A stretch of 63,650 bases of DNA, counting the filler, from Octopus bimaculoides (taxonomy: Eukaryota): the NCBI RefSeq assembly GCF_001194135.2. It is 7 parts of 7 records of this genome, joined end to end, with 100 filler letters (N's around TTAATTAATTAA, not from the genome) between each part and the next. Parts side by side here need not be neighbours in the genome. Positions count along the whole stretch, not along the records: positions 12,296 to 27,831 come from NC_068997.1; positions 27,932 to 40,833 come from NC_068981.1; 5 more parts are not named here. One strand, 5' to 3'. Of this stretch, positions 24,866 to 38,100 are shown piece by piece. Position 1 is the stretch's first letter, and every line of letters begins with the position of its first letter. The notes under the pieces were generated by a model that saw nothing but the letters and a program-made list of their open reading frames with translations, did not search any database and had not been told where the DNA came from. Position numbers and translations under genes: made by a program.

Positions 24866-25952
24866 GGATGGATGGATGGATGGATTGATTGATTATTGTA
24901 TCTATGTATCTATATATCTATGTGTCATCATGCATCGCTATACAGAGATACGTTTATATATCCTTTCAGATTTTATTCGCTGCCATGAAATAGCAGCACA
25001 GTATACGAAGATAGATGGAGAAGATATGTGTAGGAGTCTGAGTGGGTGCCTGTGTAAGTCTGTGGCAATGGGTACTTGTCTGGTGATTGGCGTGCGTCAA
25101 TAAAAGAGAGATGGAAATTATACTGACTGTATGCAACAAAAGTATATAGATGAAAGAAACACTCGTAGACTGTTATCTACAAGAGACGAGATGAAAACAG
25201 ACAGAGTTACACAAGCAAGAGGACATTTTTGTGTGTGGATAAAAATCTATAACGTATACTTGAGTAGTAATCTTACGCATATATTTGTAAAAGTACATTG
25301 AATTGTGTACTTTACATCACATATTTACCTCGGTTAGTTCGTGCGCCCCCAACTCACACCCCACCCTCACATAAGCGCGCCCCAACACCGCCACACCACA
25401 ACACCACCACACGACATCACACCAACCCCACCACTCCGCACTGGCAACTTCCCAGCACCTACACTATCATCCACACACCCACACGTTACAGGCGCACACT
25501 CTTACACAAGCACACAGCCACACCTGAAAGTCACCAGCCCCGACCCCCACACACACACGCTTACACACTGTCACATACACACACGCACGCACACCTTCGT
25601 TTTGGGATCACCCGTACTTTATTATCTCCCCTTCTTAATGGCTCTCCGGTCTAACCACATTTGTCCAACCAGTTGCCATGATTGACCGCTAAATCCACGA
25701 GCCTTCTTATATTCTCTCTTAGTTTATTACCTCCTCTTCCTTTCTGGGAAGGGCCTAGACTCGAAATGTAAAAGATTTTCTCACCAAATACACATGTTTG
25801 TTGTTTATACACCTGTCATTGTCTTTTGTTTTTCTGTAAATTTCACCTATANNNNNNNNNNNNNNNNNNNNNNNNNNNNNNNNNNNNNNNNNNNNNNNNN
25901 NNNNNNNNNNNNNNNNNNNNNNNNNNNNNNNNNNNNNNNNNNNNNNNNNNNN

Positions 25953-25986
<34 letters not shown>

Positions 25987-27442
25987 TTATATACACACAC
26001 AGATATATATATGTTAGTGTGTGTGTATGCACATAAATATTTAGAAACACACACATATAATATGCTTATATACATACATACATGCATACATACATACATA
26101 CATACAAACATACATACATACATACATACATATATGAGGAATATCGCCAATCCATTATTCGTTTTATTTTTTCCTTTATGCATATACTTTCCATCTTCTT
26201 AAGCTTTCTATAACGTTTTCTCATAATTCCTCTATATTATGTTCATATATGTGGGGGCTGCGTGTGTGTGCGTGTGTGTGTGTGTGTGTGTGTACATGTA
26301 AATGTAGATGTGTACAGATATGCGGATATGTATGGGTGAATGCGTCTGTAAATGTGTGTGTGTGTGCTTATAATACTACATTTCACAGGATGAGCAAAAA
26401 CACTTAACTGACAACATTCAATACCTTCGGCTACCTTGAATTTTCATTGCTAAAATGGCGGAGGAATTTCGTTGAAGATTCAACATTCGCCGTTTCAAAG
26501 TACAGTCAGTGTTGTCAATTTAAAAACAAGTCTACTTCAGAGTAGATTTGCGCCAAAGTTAGATTTTGCTGCACTATTTCATAAGTAAATAGACGTAAAC
26601 ATTTTCATTACGGTGGTGGTCGTGGTGGTCGTGGCGGTGGTGGTGGTGATGATAATGGTGGTGGTGGCGATGATGATGATGATGATGATGGTGTCAGTGG
26701 TGGCGGCGGCGTTGTGTTACTGGTGGTGATAGTGGTGCTGGCGGTAGAGTCTGTGGTGTTGACGATGAACACAGAAGTAATATTGTGGAAACGAAAATGG
26801 TGACGCTGACATCGCTGCTGCTGCTGCTGCTTCTGGTGTTGATGATGATGATGATGATGAAGACGATGGTTATAACGATAACAGTAGTGGTGGTTCTGCG
26901 ATGGCTGTGGTGGTGATCGTGTTACTGATTAGGCGGAGGATGGGTGGCAGGTGCAGGAGGTAGAGGAGAACGTTGATGATGATGATGATTATCATGATGA
27001 ACATGGTGATGACGAGGTTGACAATAACGATGACGACGAACCGACGACGACGACGATGACGACGACGACAATGTCGACGATGACGATGACGATTGACTAC
27101 AATGCTGGATATAACAACAATGATTCATATGCTTTGAGAATATGTAGCTTGCGAGGAATGTTGGCGGTGTTGGGAACGATTTGGGAGTACAGGAGGAAAA
27201 AAACTGCAGAGAGATTAAAGGCAATTAAAGTGGGTATAATAGATTTGGTGGGGAGGCACATTTTCCCCTTTCTTTTATTATTAACCAACCAAAAATACAT
27301 GCAAGTGACGTGAAAACAGCATCGTAGCAAACTGTAGATTGCAGCTGTTCAGAAGAAATGCATTATCTTGTTGTATGTCTTGTAGCAGATCGCTGGTATG
27401 AGGAAAGCGATTGAGAGATATATAGCTTACTGGATGAATAGA

Positions 27443-27494
<52 letters not shown>

Positions 27495-27529
27495 AAGAGA
27501 GAGAGGGGGCGACAGATTAGACAGATAGG

Positions 27530-27610
<81 letters not shown>

Positions 27611-27741
27611 CGGCATAGAAGAATGTATGTGTGAGTGTCTTTATGAGTAAGTATATATATCATGGATATATATACAAACACATACACACATACATATATA
27701 TGTGTATATTTATATATATATATATATATATGTATATAAGT

Positions 27742-27807
<66 letters not shown>

Positions 27808-27931
27808 GCTGAGACAGAAATAGATAGAGACNNNNNNNNNNNNNNNNNNNNNNNNNNNNNNNNNNNNNNNNNNNNTTAATTAATTAANNNNNNNNNNNNN
27901 NNNNNNNNNNNNNNNNNNNNNNNNNNNNNNN

Positions 27932-28114
27932 AAGAGTGAGAGAAAGTTGTGGTGAAAGAGTACAGCAGGGTTCGCCACCATCCCCTGCCGGAGCCTCGTG
28001 GAGCTTTAGATGTTTTCGCTCAATAAACACTCACAACGCCCAGACTGGGAATCGAAACCTCGATCCTATGACCGCGAGTCCGCTGCCCTAACCACTGGGC
28101 CATTGCGCCTCCAC
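27932..28114 (-). mobile_element. SINE family A 5' half
   Basis: Reverse complement of GTGGAGGCGCAATGGCCCAGTGGTTAGGGCAGCGGACTCGCGGTCATAGG...; truncated by a scaffold join. Confidence 0.88.
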
Positions 28115-28248
28115 GTATAAATACATAATAGACGTGCATTCACACATCCATACAAGTGTGTGTGACGTTCAGTGAATCAAACAGACAGACTGACAGAGAT
28201 ACGGACAGTCAGGTAGACAGACTAGATAGACAGGCAGACAAATAGTTT

Positions 28249-28297
<49 letters not shown>

Positions 28298-28691
28298 ACA
28301 GACAAACAGATTGGTAGATAGACAGATAGATATCTAAAAGCCTAGAGAAATCGTGATAGATTGCTAGTTATAGGTAGTTTTAAGAATAAACTGATAGTTG
28401 TATAGATAAGATGAGAAAAATATGCACTAAGATGCTATGAAAAGCAATCATTCTTCTCTACAGCTAAGCTGTCACAAATCAGGCAACTTGTAAAATAGCG
28501 GCTCTTTAAGAGGAACGGCAGAAGGAGACGTATGAACTTCAACGATACCGTTACAGCTACTGGTGCATGTTTTTGTGGCCTGAATGGATGGATACTTGAA
28601 TGGACGGCTGGATGAAGAGGAGAGATGATACAGGGTATAGCGGGATCGATGTAGTGCCTAGTAGGGGAATATACAGAGATAATTATAAACA

Positions 28692-28729
<38 letters not shown>

Positions 28730-29649
28730 AACTACTACCACCGCCACCACCACCACCACTACTAATAATAATAATAACAACAATAATAATGATAATAAAT
28801 CCCTTCTTCTGTAGGCACAAGGCCTGAAATTTGGGGGTGGGGACTAGTCGATTACATCGATCCCAGTGCTTCCTTGGAACTTATTTTAATCATGATGATG
28901 ACAATAACGATGACGCTGATGACGCAGATAATGATGATGATGACGATAATGGTGGTGGTGATAGTGGCGGTGGTGGTGTTTGTGGTGGTAGTAGTAGTAG
29001 TAGTAGTAATGCTTCTGTGCCTATCTATCTATCTATCTATCTGTATATATATATATANNNNNNNNNNNNNNNNNNNNNNNNNNNNNNNNNNNNNNNNNNN
29101 NNNNNNNNNNNNNNNNNNNNNNNNNNNNNNNNNNNNNNNNNNNNNNNNNNNNNNNNNNNNNNNNNNNNNNNNNNNNNNNNNNNNNNNNNNNNNNNNNNNN
29201 NNNNNNNNNNNNNNNNNNNNNNNNNNNNNNNNNNNNNNNNNNNNNNNNNNNNNNNNNNNNNNNNNNNNNNNNNNNNNNNNNNNNNNNNNNNNNNNNNNNN
29301 NNNNNNNNNNNNNNNNNNNNNNNNNNNNNNNNNNNNNNNNNNNNNNNNNNNNNNNNNNNNNNNNNNNNNNNNNNNNNNNNNNNNNNNNNNNNNNNNNNNN
29401 NNNNNNNNNNNNNNNNNNNNNNNNNNNNNNNNNNNNNNNNNNNNNNNNNNNNNNNNNNNNNNNNNNNNNNNNNNNNNNNNNNNNNNNNNNNNNNNNNNNN
29501 NNNNNNNNNNNNNNNNNNNNNNNNNNNNNNNNNNNNNNNNNNNNNNNNNNNNATATACATACATGTATATATGTATGTATGCATGTATATACATGATACT
29601 GTTAATCGAAATGGTCTGTGGCCAATTCTAAAGAAAATAGGTTGCCTCC

Positions 29650-30690
29650 CAAAAATTTGTAAACATGATCAGGGCTTTTCATCATGATATGAAGGTTAGA
29701 GTTAAATTTGGTCGTAGGCTCACTGAATCTTTTGCTCTGGAAAATGGAGTAAAGCAAAGATATTTTGATGCACCTACCCTCTTTGCAATATACTTTTACT
29801 GCTATACTGTCGCACGCTTTTCAAAATTCTGAAGAGGGTATTTACATGAAATATAAAACAACAGGTATTGCTTTTAGTCCGACCATACTAAAACACAAAA
29901 CAAAGGTTTTTTATTTGACTCATTAGGGAAAGTGGTGCAGTTTGCAACCTCACTAAAATTTTCGTTAATGGTAACTTACTTGGGTTTGTTGAGTCTTTCA
30001 TTTATCTTTGAAGCTCTGTACAAAATGATGGAAATCTGGACACAGAAATACATCTGCGAATTCAAAGGGCCGAACAAGTATTTGGTGGTTTGGAGTCACG
30101 CGTTTGGGGCCAACGACATAGAAATAACAACACAAAATTGGCTCTTTACAAAGCATTTGTGTTACCATTCTTGTTGTATTCTTCAGAAACACAGATGTGT
30201 TATGAAAGACATTTCAAATGTTTAGAACAATTCCAGCAAAAATGGCTTCGCCGCATTTAAACATTAAATGGGCTTTTTTTTTTTTTCCTCCAGACCGAAA
30301 TGTCTCTTCAATTAAATCAATGATTCTGAAAAACCATATTGTTCGAATGGCGGATGAACGCACACCCAAACAGTTGTCTTATAGCGAGCTTGCAAAGGGT
30401 GTAAACCTAAACAGAGGTTTAAGGACGGCATAAGGACTACCATGAAGTAACTTGAAATGGATCAAGCTGGATGGCGATCAAAAGTGTGGAGTGGAGTGAA
30501 AGCGTTTGAGGAGGTCAGGATAACACATGCAAGACTCAAGACAGATTTAAAGGATGTTGCGATTGAGAAAGTGAAGCTCAGTGACCTTTTTCTGTGCACA
30601 ATTTGTGACAGACCATGCGTAAATTTGGCTGGGCTCAATTTCATTTGTGAACCCATGGAAAACGAATCCACCGAGGAGGAATAAATTCCT
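29650..30690 (+). pseudogene. Decayed RTE-clade LINE reverse transcriptase and C-terminus
   Basis: ENGVKQ...APTLFAIY (GVKQG..LAPTLF motif), RMADERTPKQL.YSEL..G, W+..V..GV..FE, and a terminal C.ICDR.C..LAGL motif typical of RTE elements. Many stops and frameshifts. Confidence 0.85.
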
Positions 30691-32049
30691 TGCTTGCATG
30701 GAATTCCCCGTTTGTTTGCATCTGCTTGTAACTATGTATATGTGTANNNNNNNNNNNNNNNNNNNNNNNNNNNNNNNNNNNNNNNNNNNNNNNNNNNNNN
30801 NNNNNNNNNNNNNNNNNNNNNNNNNNNNNNNNNNNNNNNNNNNNNNNNNNNNNNNNNNNNNNNNNNNNNNNNNNNNNNNNNNNNNNNNNNNNNNNNNNNN
30901 NNNNNNNNNNNNNNNNNNNNNNNNNNNNNNNNNNNNNNNNNNNNNNNNNNNNNNNNNNNNNNNNNNNNNNNNNNNNNNNNNNNNNNNNNNNNNNNNNNNN
31001 NNNNNNNNNNNNNNNNNNNNNNNNNNNNNNNNNNNNNNNNNNNNNNNNNNNNNNNNNNNNNNNNNNNNNNNNNNNNNNNNNNNNNNNNNNNNNNNNNNNN
31101 NNNNNNNNNNNNNNNNNNNNNNNNNNNNNNNNNNNNNNNNNNNNNNNNNNNNNNNNNNNNNNNNNNNNNNNNNNNNNNNNNNNNNNNNNNNNNNNNNNNN
31201 NNNNNNNNNNNNNNNNNNNNNNNNNNNNNNNNNNNNNNNNNNNNNNNNNNNNNNNNNNNNNNNNNNNNNNNNNNATCGATACATAAATTCAATAATTAAA
31301 TTACAACCACTCCTAGATACGTAACTAAACAGCGTCAACTCTATTAATTCAAACAAAAATTATAATCCCTACAGTCTTCTGTAATGCAATATAAAAGTAA
31401 AAGCTTAATAACCACATTATTTCAATCAATCAATATATAGGCAGGATTAAACGCTAACTCTAATAAAACTACAATAAAGAGAGATATGAACCAATGTACA
31501 TTGTGTCGGTATTAATAGTAAATTGTAATAACTAAATTATATGCTAAATTGCGACCAATCTTTAAGTCAATATAAATAATAATCCCACCGGTCTTCCATA
31601 GATACTACTATAATGAAAGTTCAAGCCTTATAAATTTTTTCCAAAACAAAACACGATTGAAATTTATTTAACTAATATTTTTATGAGTGAAATACATTAT
31701 TTCATCATTCAAAAGTTAATAATAAAACGTTACATACTCATCAATAATATCACCACTACAAGTTATAATATTAAATAACCAGTGACTAATATAAACTTAA
31801 ATTTCATTAAATAAGAACTAATAAAAGTACTTGTAATTAACTATTATTATATACCTCGCAATGTTTAAAGCTAATTGAACTGTTTAAAAGATAATAAAAC
31901 TACAAGTGTTAACACTTACATGTTTAATCAGACACCCAGTTCCCCCACCAAGAATTTAAAGGGCCAACTACATATTGATGACGTAGTGCGTAATTAGTAA
32001 TTTCTCAATTGTCTCAATATTGGTGACGTAGAATATATATATATGTATA

Positions 32050-32330
32050 TATATAACGTTGTAGTATATTGTCAACTTAATGTAACAATCCCAAGAAGGG
32101 AATACACTACTGCCGTTTAGCCCTAGGAAGCTGGACCGCTTCCTGTCGGCCTTGACACAATTACTGTGTCCTTAAGTTTGCGAGGGGGAGACAAACTCCT
32201 CCACCCAGCCTAGCCAGCATTCAGGGACATGTTTCTGAGTCTTTGCTCGTCATCAGCCTGAAGTAGCCTGCCAGCTGGTTGAAGAAGTTTGTCTAGCTCT
32301 CGCAGCTTATATAATCATAGTGAAGTTTAT
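32050..32330 (-). mobile_element. Probable Penelope-like pseudo-LTR around the hammerhead
   Basis: TATATAAG at 32313-32306 lies upstream of the hairpin/HHR, in a GC-richer island within AT-rich DNA. The boundaries are approximate. Confidence 0.45.
32220..32262 (-). ncRNA. Minimal type I hammerhead ribozyme (Penelope-like pLTR/retrozyme type)
   Basis: The minus strand reads UUCAGG-CUGAUGA-C-GAG(CAAAGA)CUC-A-GAAA-C-AU-GUC-CCUGAA. This gives a 6-bp stem I, intact CUGAUGA and GAAA cores, a palindromic ACAUGU stem III and a GUC triplet (predicted cut between 32226 and 32225). There is a C/A mismatch at the base of stem II. Confidence 0.75.
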
Positions 32331-32442
32331 TCACTGATCAGCAAAATTAGAAATATTTCTAATATATATATATACCTCTCTACTTTCCTTCTTTATCTCA
32401 CTAGTACTTCTCCCTCTCTCCCTCTCTCCCTCTCTCCCTCTC

Positions 32443-32484
<42 letters not shown>

Positions 32485-33315
32485 GTTCCTTCCATTATTC
32501 TTCAATCCCTCTTCCCCCTACCTCTTTCTGTCCCTTCCACGTGACGGTGTTCGGCTAAGCATGATCTTTCTTTCTCGGCCTGACCACCGCTCGTACAAAA
32601 CCTTATCTTTCTGTCTCCTGACTCAAGGCTTTCACTCCACGCGTCAGCTCAACTTAACTTGTCCTTATTAGTCAAGACACCTATTGTTATTCTCTTGTTG
32701 TTTGTATTTGTAATCATGTAACATTTTTCCGTTTTCTCGTTTTTTTTNNNNNNNNNNTTTTTTTTTTTTTTTTTTTTGTCTGTGTTGTCGTACACATTCA
32801 CTTGCTTTCTTCCAAAAAATTAATTCTCTTAGCTTGGATTTTTGAGGCCTAGCAATTTTGAACAGCCTCAAAAGTAACAGTCCGAAATTGTAATGACAAT
32901 TGGATGCATGACTGATGAATAGAGGGCCACGAATCCTTCATGGTTTTCCATGGTTTCATGGTCTTTGTATTGGCTATCTGTTCAAATGTTTTTATTGTCG
33001 TGTGTGTGTGTGTTTTGTAAGCAGAACCATATATGCATATCCACGCAGCCTATATCTATATCTTGTATAGATAGAGATGATACCTAAAACTGAAAGGACA
33101 TTAAACTAGCTGATAGAAACAGTTAATTAAATGTAGAAAACCACTCGTCACCACATAGGGTCCAAAGTTATTATAGCTATGTTATTGTTTTTTTCTCATG
33201 GAACTGCGCCACTGATTAGGTTACACTGCTGACTGTATGATTGTGCTTTAATACAGTTGAATACGCAGACATATTTACATGCACATACATAAACACACAC
33301 ATATATATATATATA

Positions 33316-33675
33316 TTAATATAGGAAAATGAAAAAAAGCCCGAATGCTGAACTGGAAGCATAATTTAATAAAGATTTTTTCTGTAGTGCTGGAGTTAAA
33401 GTGTGTTCATTCTGTGAGTTGGATGATGTATGTGGTTCCTTACATGATGAGTTGGTAATTAAAGTTTTTAGTGTAGTGTTAATTTCATTTAGGTTATCAT
33501 TAATCTTATCCGAAAGATGTTGATGTGGGTTGTTTACTGGGATATCTTGGGTTTGAAGAAGTTCATCAATTTTGCTGGAAAGTGTGAGGAGGTGTGTATT
33601 AAGTGTTTTGAGTTCTTTTAGGATGGTCTCATTGGTGACTTTCTCTGGAAGATTGGGGTTCTTTTTAGGTGGCAT
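33316..33675 (-). mobile_element. ORF1-like N-terminal fragment of a non-LTR retroelement (MPPKK..., coiled-coil, ...NYAS)
   Basis: 119-codon non-repetitive ORF with heptad-like LKELKTLNTHLLTLSSKIDELL. It degenerates near 33340 next to (TA)n and is preceded by a 52-bp palindrome. The family assignment is inference. Confidence 0.5.
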
Positions 33676-33703
33676 TCTGTTTCACACGTGTGGTAGAAGG
33701 TAC

Positions 33704-33755
33704 AAGTCAGTAAATAGTGGGGTTGTGTTAACACAACCCCACTATTTACTGACTT
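33704..33755. repeat. Perfect 52-bp palindrome
   Basis: AAGTCAGTAAATAGTGGGGTTGTGTT|AACACAACCCCACTATTTACTGACTT, with no spacer and no mismatch. Confidence 0.97.
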
Positions 33756-34058
33756 ATATTAATATATATATATATTTACATATATGCATACATGCACACA
33801 TACATACATACATGCATACATACATATACATACAATTTTGAAAGTATAATGATATTAAATGATTAAAACGATAAGCACCAATCCTTGTAACAAAGAGAAA
33901 TAAGCCACTGATATGACCAGTACTTCTTTTCTAGCATATATGCGCTAACTCCGTATCGATTACACAACAAATTCCATGGCAATCTCCTTCTCTTTTGAAT
34001 TAGTTGCTTCACTTTATTTATGTGTTTATCATTATTTGATATGTTGTATTTTTTCTGT

Positions 34059-34446
34059 GTGGAGGCGCAATGGCCCAGTGGTTAAGGCAGCGGACTCGCG
34101 GTCATAGGATCGCGGTTTCGATTCCCAGACCGGGCGTTATGAGTGTTTATTGAACGAAAACACCTAAAAGCTCAACGAGGCTCCGGCAGGGGATGGTGGC
34201 GAACCCTGCTGTATTCTTTCCCCACAACTTTCTCTCACTCTCACTCTTACTTCCTGTTGTGCCTGTAATTCAAAGGGTCAGCCTTGTCACCCTGTGTCAC
34301 GCTGAATATCCCCGAGAACTACGTTAAGGGTACACGTGTCTGTGGGGTGCTCAGCCATTTGCACGTTAATTTCAAGAGCAGGCTGTTCCGTTGATCGGAT
34401 CAACTGGAACCCTAGACGTCGTAAGCGACGGAGTGCCAACAACAAC
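34059..34446 (+). mobile_element. Full-length SINE family A
   Basis: Complete head, body and (CAA)n tail. The 11-bp TSD ATTTTTTCTGT is at 34048-34058 and 34447-34457. Confidence 0.92.
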
Positions 34447-35623
34447 ATTTTTTCTGTATATAAATCTAAGCTGTAATATTTTTTTCAACAAGTTGTAATC
34501 CCTTATTTTCAAATGAATTAGGATACGCAAAGCTGGAATACTTTAGGTCATAAATATGCTCAGTCGGTCAGTGCTGGACTAAAACTAAACAACAACATTA
34601 ACAACTGCTACATCTTGTCGAACAACAAATGATTTTCTCTAGGCAAATTATCTCCGGACCAATGTACGTGAATATCATTCTTAACTTCCATTATGCATCC
34701 CAATGTCAGCAAAGCACAAAACGTTAGCGGTTCTCTCCAGTAACAACTGTAGAAAATACCTCCCGTTAACGACTTCCCTGATAGCGCATCTGAAGAACCG
34801 AATGGAATGTTGACTTTTCAGATCTATCGAATCATCCCCAGCAAATAAATGCGTCAACTGAAAATAGGATCCACGATTTCTTGGACCGCCAATCTATTCT
34901 CCTAAATGGTATTGCACTATGTTGCTTCACCACTAACTACTGGAAATATGCGTTTTGTCGACACTAGCATACATAGCTGAAGAAAATTATACTAAGCCAC
35001 TCAAAGGTCGAAGCACAAAAGTTCCACCATGATTTGAATGATATATCCTCAGGTTCTGTCTTAAAAAGACAGAATTTTCATGGATGAAGATCCGCATTTC
35101 ATCGTTGATCTTCTCAGTCAGGACTGAGCTGATTTTAATCTGCTGCAATAATAGTTTCTAGATTCTTTAAGAGGAAAATAAATAGATATGTGTATCACTC
35201 AATCAATCTTGCATACTTACAAAATCCCTCGAATTTTATGGAGCGGGTTTTCTCGCTACCCACCTGTAACCTTACTTAGATATGTTAGATCTCAAGCCTC
35301 TCTTGCGTTCTACACTTAAGGAACTATTATCATCCTTACATACTTCATATCATATTTTGCTCTCATTATGTATTTAGAAGGTCACGTGGCAACCATCATA
35401 CATATATGTATTATCATCTTTTGCGTTATTACCTTTACTTAATCTCTTATGCTGAACATATCATCTCACCAACTGTATAAAAACCTATATGTTATTTTCT
35501 CTAAACATGTTATTTTCACATATGTTTTTTTTTTATTTCTCAAAATTTTGCTTTGATTGCATCTAACCTTATCCACCTTATGCTCTCAATCTCATTCATT
35601 TTACCCAAAGCATGTTTTCATTA

Positions 35624-35933
35624 GTGGAAGCACATGGCCTAGTGGCTAGAGCAGCGAAATCGCGATCGAGATATCGCGGGTTCGAATCTCAGACCGAGCG
35701 ACGTGTGTGTTTATGAGCGAAACACATAAGCACTGCTCGGCTCCGGCAGAAGGTAAAGGCGAACTTCTGCTGACTCTTTTGCCTCAACTTTCTCTCACTC
35801 TTTCCTCCTGCATCTATCACCTCACTTGCGACGGATCGCTGTCCTGTCCAGGTGGGGAACCTAATCGCCAATGTAACCGAGAAACCGATCCTTATGAGCC
35901 AGGCATGACTTGAGAAGGAACAACCAACAATAA
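35624..35933 (+). mobile_element. tRNA-derived SINE related to family A with the alternative tail
   Basis: TGGCCTAGTGG and GGGTTCGAATCT boxes, shared TTTATGAGCGAAACAC...CAACTTTCTCTCACTC core, and a tail related to that of 20-283. Confidence 0.75.
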
Positions 35934-36724
35934 TATATTTAACTTCTTAGAACTACTTTATAAGTTGTACATTTCTTTCCAGCGACTCATATAGACACCT
36001 AAATAGACTTCAATTAATTTTATATATGAAAGAAAAACTCATACAAAATCAGATAATCATGAAATATTACATTTAGTTATTTAGTTATATCCTTAAAAAC
36101 TAATCTGAATTCATAGCATTCAATTCACACATCACAAAGTGTATGACGGAGAAATTCTCGCTGTTAACATTATACGTAAATAAATTCAGCATTGTTCCCA
36201 TTTTTCAGTGTGTTGTGGCGCTAACACAAATATGGCACACTGTTATAAGTAAATAGGGAATAAAATGTTAAGTATTGTTATGTTTGAGGTTTTATCCCTC
36301 CCACAGATCATTGGCAGAGAATTTAATCGTTTCAACTGGAGATATTAGCTTTTTAATGATGTTACATATTTTTCTATAGTGGTTCACTGCTAGCCAATTA
36401 AAAAGTTAATGAGTTCAACTAAAGCCTTACATGAAGAAGGAAATTGATGAGAAGATGCGTGCAATTAAGAGATAAACTTGAAGGAATTGAATACGGGTGC
36501 AGTGACGGGAGAAACAATATTAAATGCTATCAGAAAAAATAACATATCCAGATGTGTGCATCACCAGATGAGTTAATTATAAATGAGTGAGTCAAGGCAA
36601 CACAAATACAAAAAAAATAGAAGTAGGATAGTACAGAGTGCGAAATTTGGAACAGCCTGTTACTAAGACACACGTTATAGAAACACTTCACACATACACA
36701 AGTGCATATATATATATGTGTATG

Positions 36725-36763
<39 letters not shown>

Positions 36764-37789
36764 ATGTATGTATGTATGTATGTATGTATGCATGTATGTA
36801 TACAGAGTAATGCAGGTTTCAATGAAAAGGCACCTTTCGAGATATTGACAACCAAAAAACAGATTATTTTCCTCAATGTATTCTTCGAAATACATTCGCG
36901 GTTCGGCAAAAGAGACCGATAGAATAAGTAGTCGGCTTACAAAGAATAAGTCCTGGGGTCGATTTACTCGACCAAAGGCGGTGCTCCAGCATGACCACAG
37001 TCAAATGACTGAAACAAGTAAAAGAGTAATACGGATTTGTAACAGTGATGGAAGTTGAAACAACTATTTAGAAAGCGAACAGTCGAATGAACTGCCTTCC
37101 AGTATGCATAGGTGACTACTGGTCTTCCACAAACAACGTCGTCCGGACTTGTGCCTTGGAGGATAACTTTCTAGGTGTAATCTCGTGGTCATTCATGACC
37201 GAAGAGTGGTCATTTCCTTGCAGTATATTATCATATCAGAATAGAATATATGATACAATTTCATTGTCAACAGTGTAGCGAAGATATTTAATCCAGATCT
37301 TTTCTGTTTGGCTGTCACTTTTCAATTTCTTCCATTTAATTTCAATTGATTTCAAATTTGGTCTATTGATGTAGTTTTGTATGCTTATTATTGGCACGAA
37401 TTTCATTTTAGCAATTAATCAATAAATAAACACTTTTATAGCTTTTAAAGTTTACAAATTTTGGGTAATTTTAGTCAATCGAGAGCCACACATATATAAG
37501 TGCCTGTTTCCATAGTAACAAGGCAAGCGTCGGCACTCTCCTGTAAAACCACGTTTGTTTACCAAAAGCAATATATGCTGTTTGCTCTTTTTTTCGAAAT
37601 GGACCTCAGTTTATTTTTTCATGCTCTCAAAACTATAAAATTGTGTTAATTGCTCCTTTTTTTACCTGCGTATGAAAGGCATATTGAATATTTAAAACTA
37701 CAAAATATGTGTTGCTCATATGTTTTTCGATCATTTTTCGCTTCTTAGATACTTAAAATACGCGTTATATTCGCAATTTTCTTGAATTC

Positions 37790-38100
37790 TTTTACTTGTT
37801 TCAGTCATTTGACTGCGGCAATGCTGGAGCACCGCCTTTAGTCGAATCAAATCTACCCCAGGACTTATTCTTTGAAAGCCTAGTACCTGTTCTATCGGTC
37901 TCTTTTTGCCGAACCGCTAGTTTACGGGGACCTAAACACCCCAGTATCGGTTGTCAAGCGATGTTGGGGGGACAAACACAGATACACAACATATACACAC
38001 ATGCATATATATATATATATATACGACGGGCTTCTTTCTGTTTCCGTNNNNNNNNNNATGCATATATATATATATATATACGACGGGCTTCTTTCTGTTT
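37790..38100 (-). mobile_element. Family C SINE 3' half (a plus-strand 3' piece also lies at 36896-37030)
   Basis: TTTCAGTCATTTGACTGCGGCAATGCTGGAGCACCGCC...CATCGGTTGTCAAGCGATG. Confidence 0.85.

Noticed and set aside
26600-27313. Acidic or low-complexity ORFs in GGT/GAT/GAC-rich DNA (also 8561-9005, 28831-29050)
   Set aside because: These are compound trinucleotide microsatellites, and the 8.6-9.0 kb tract lies in a chitinase intron.
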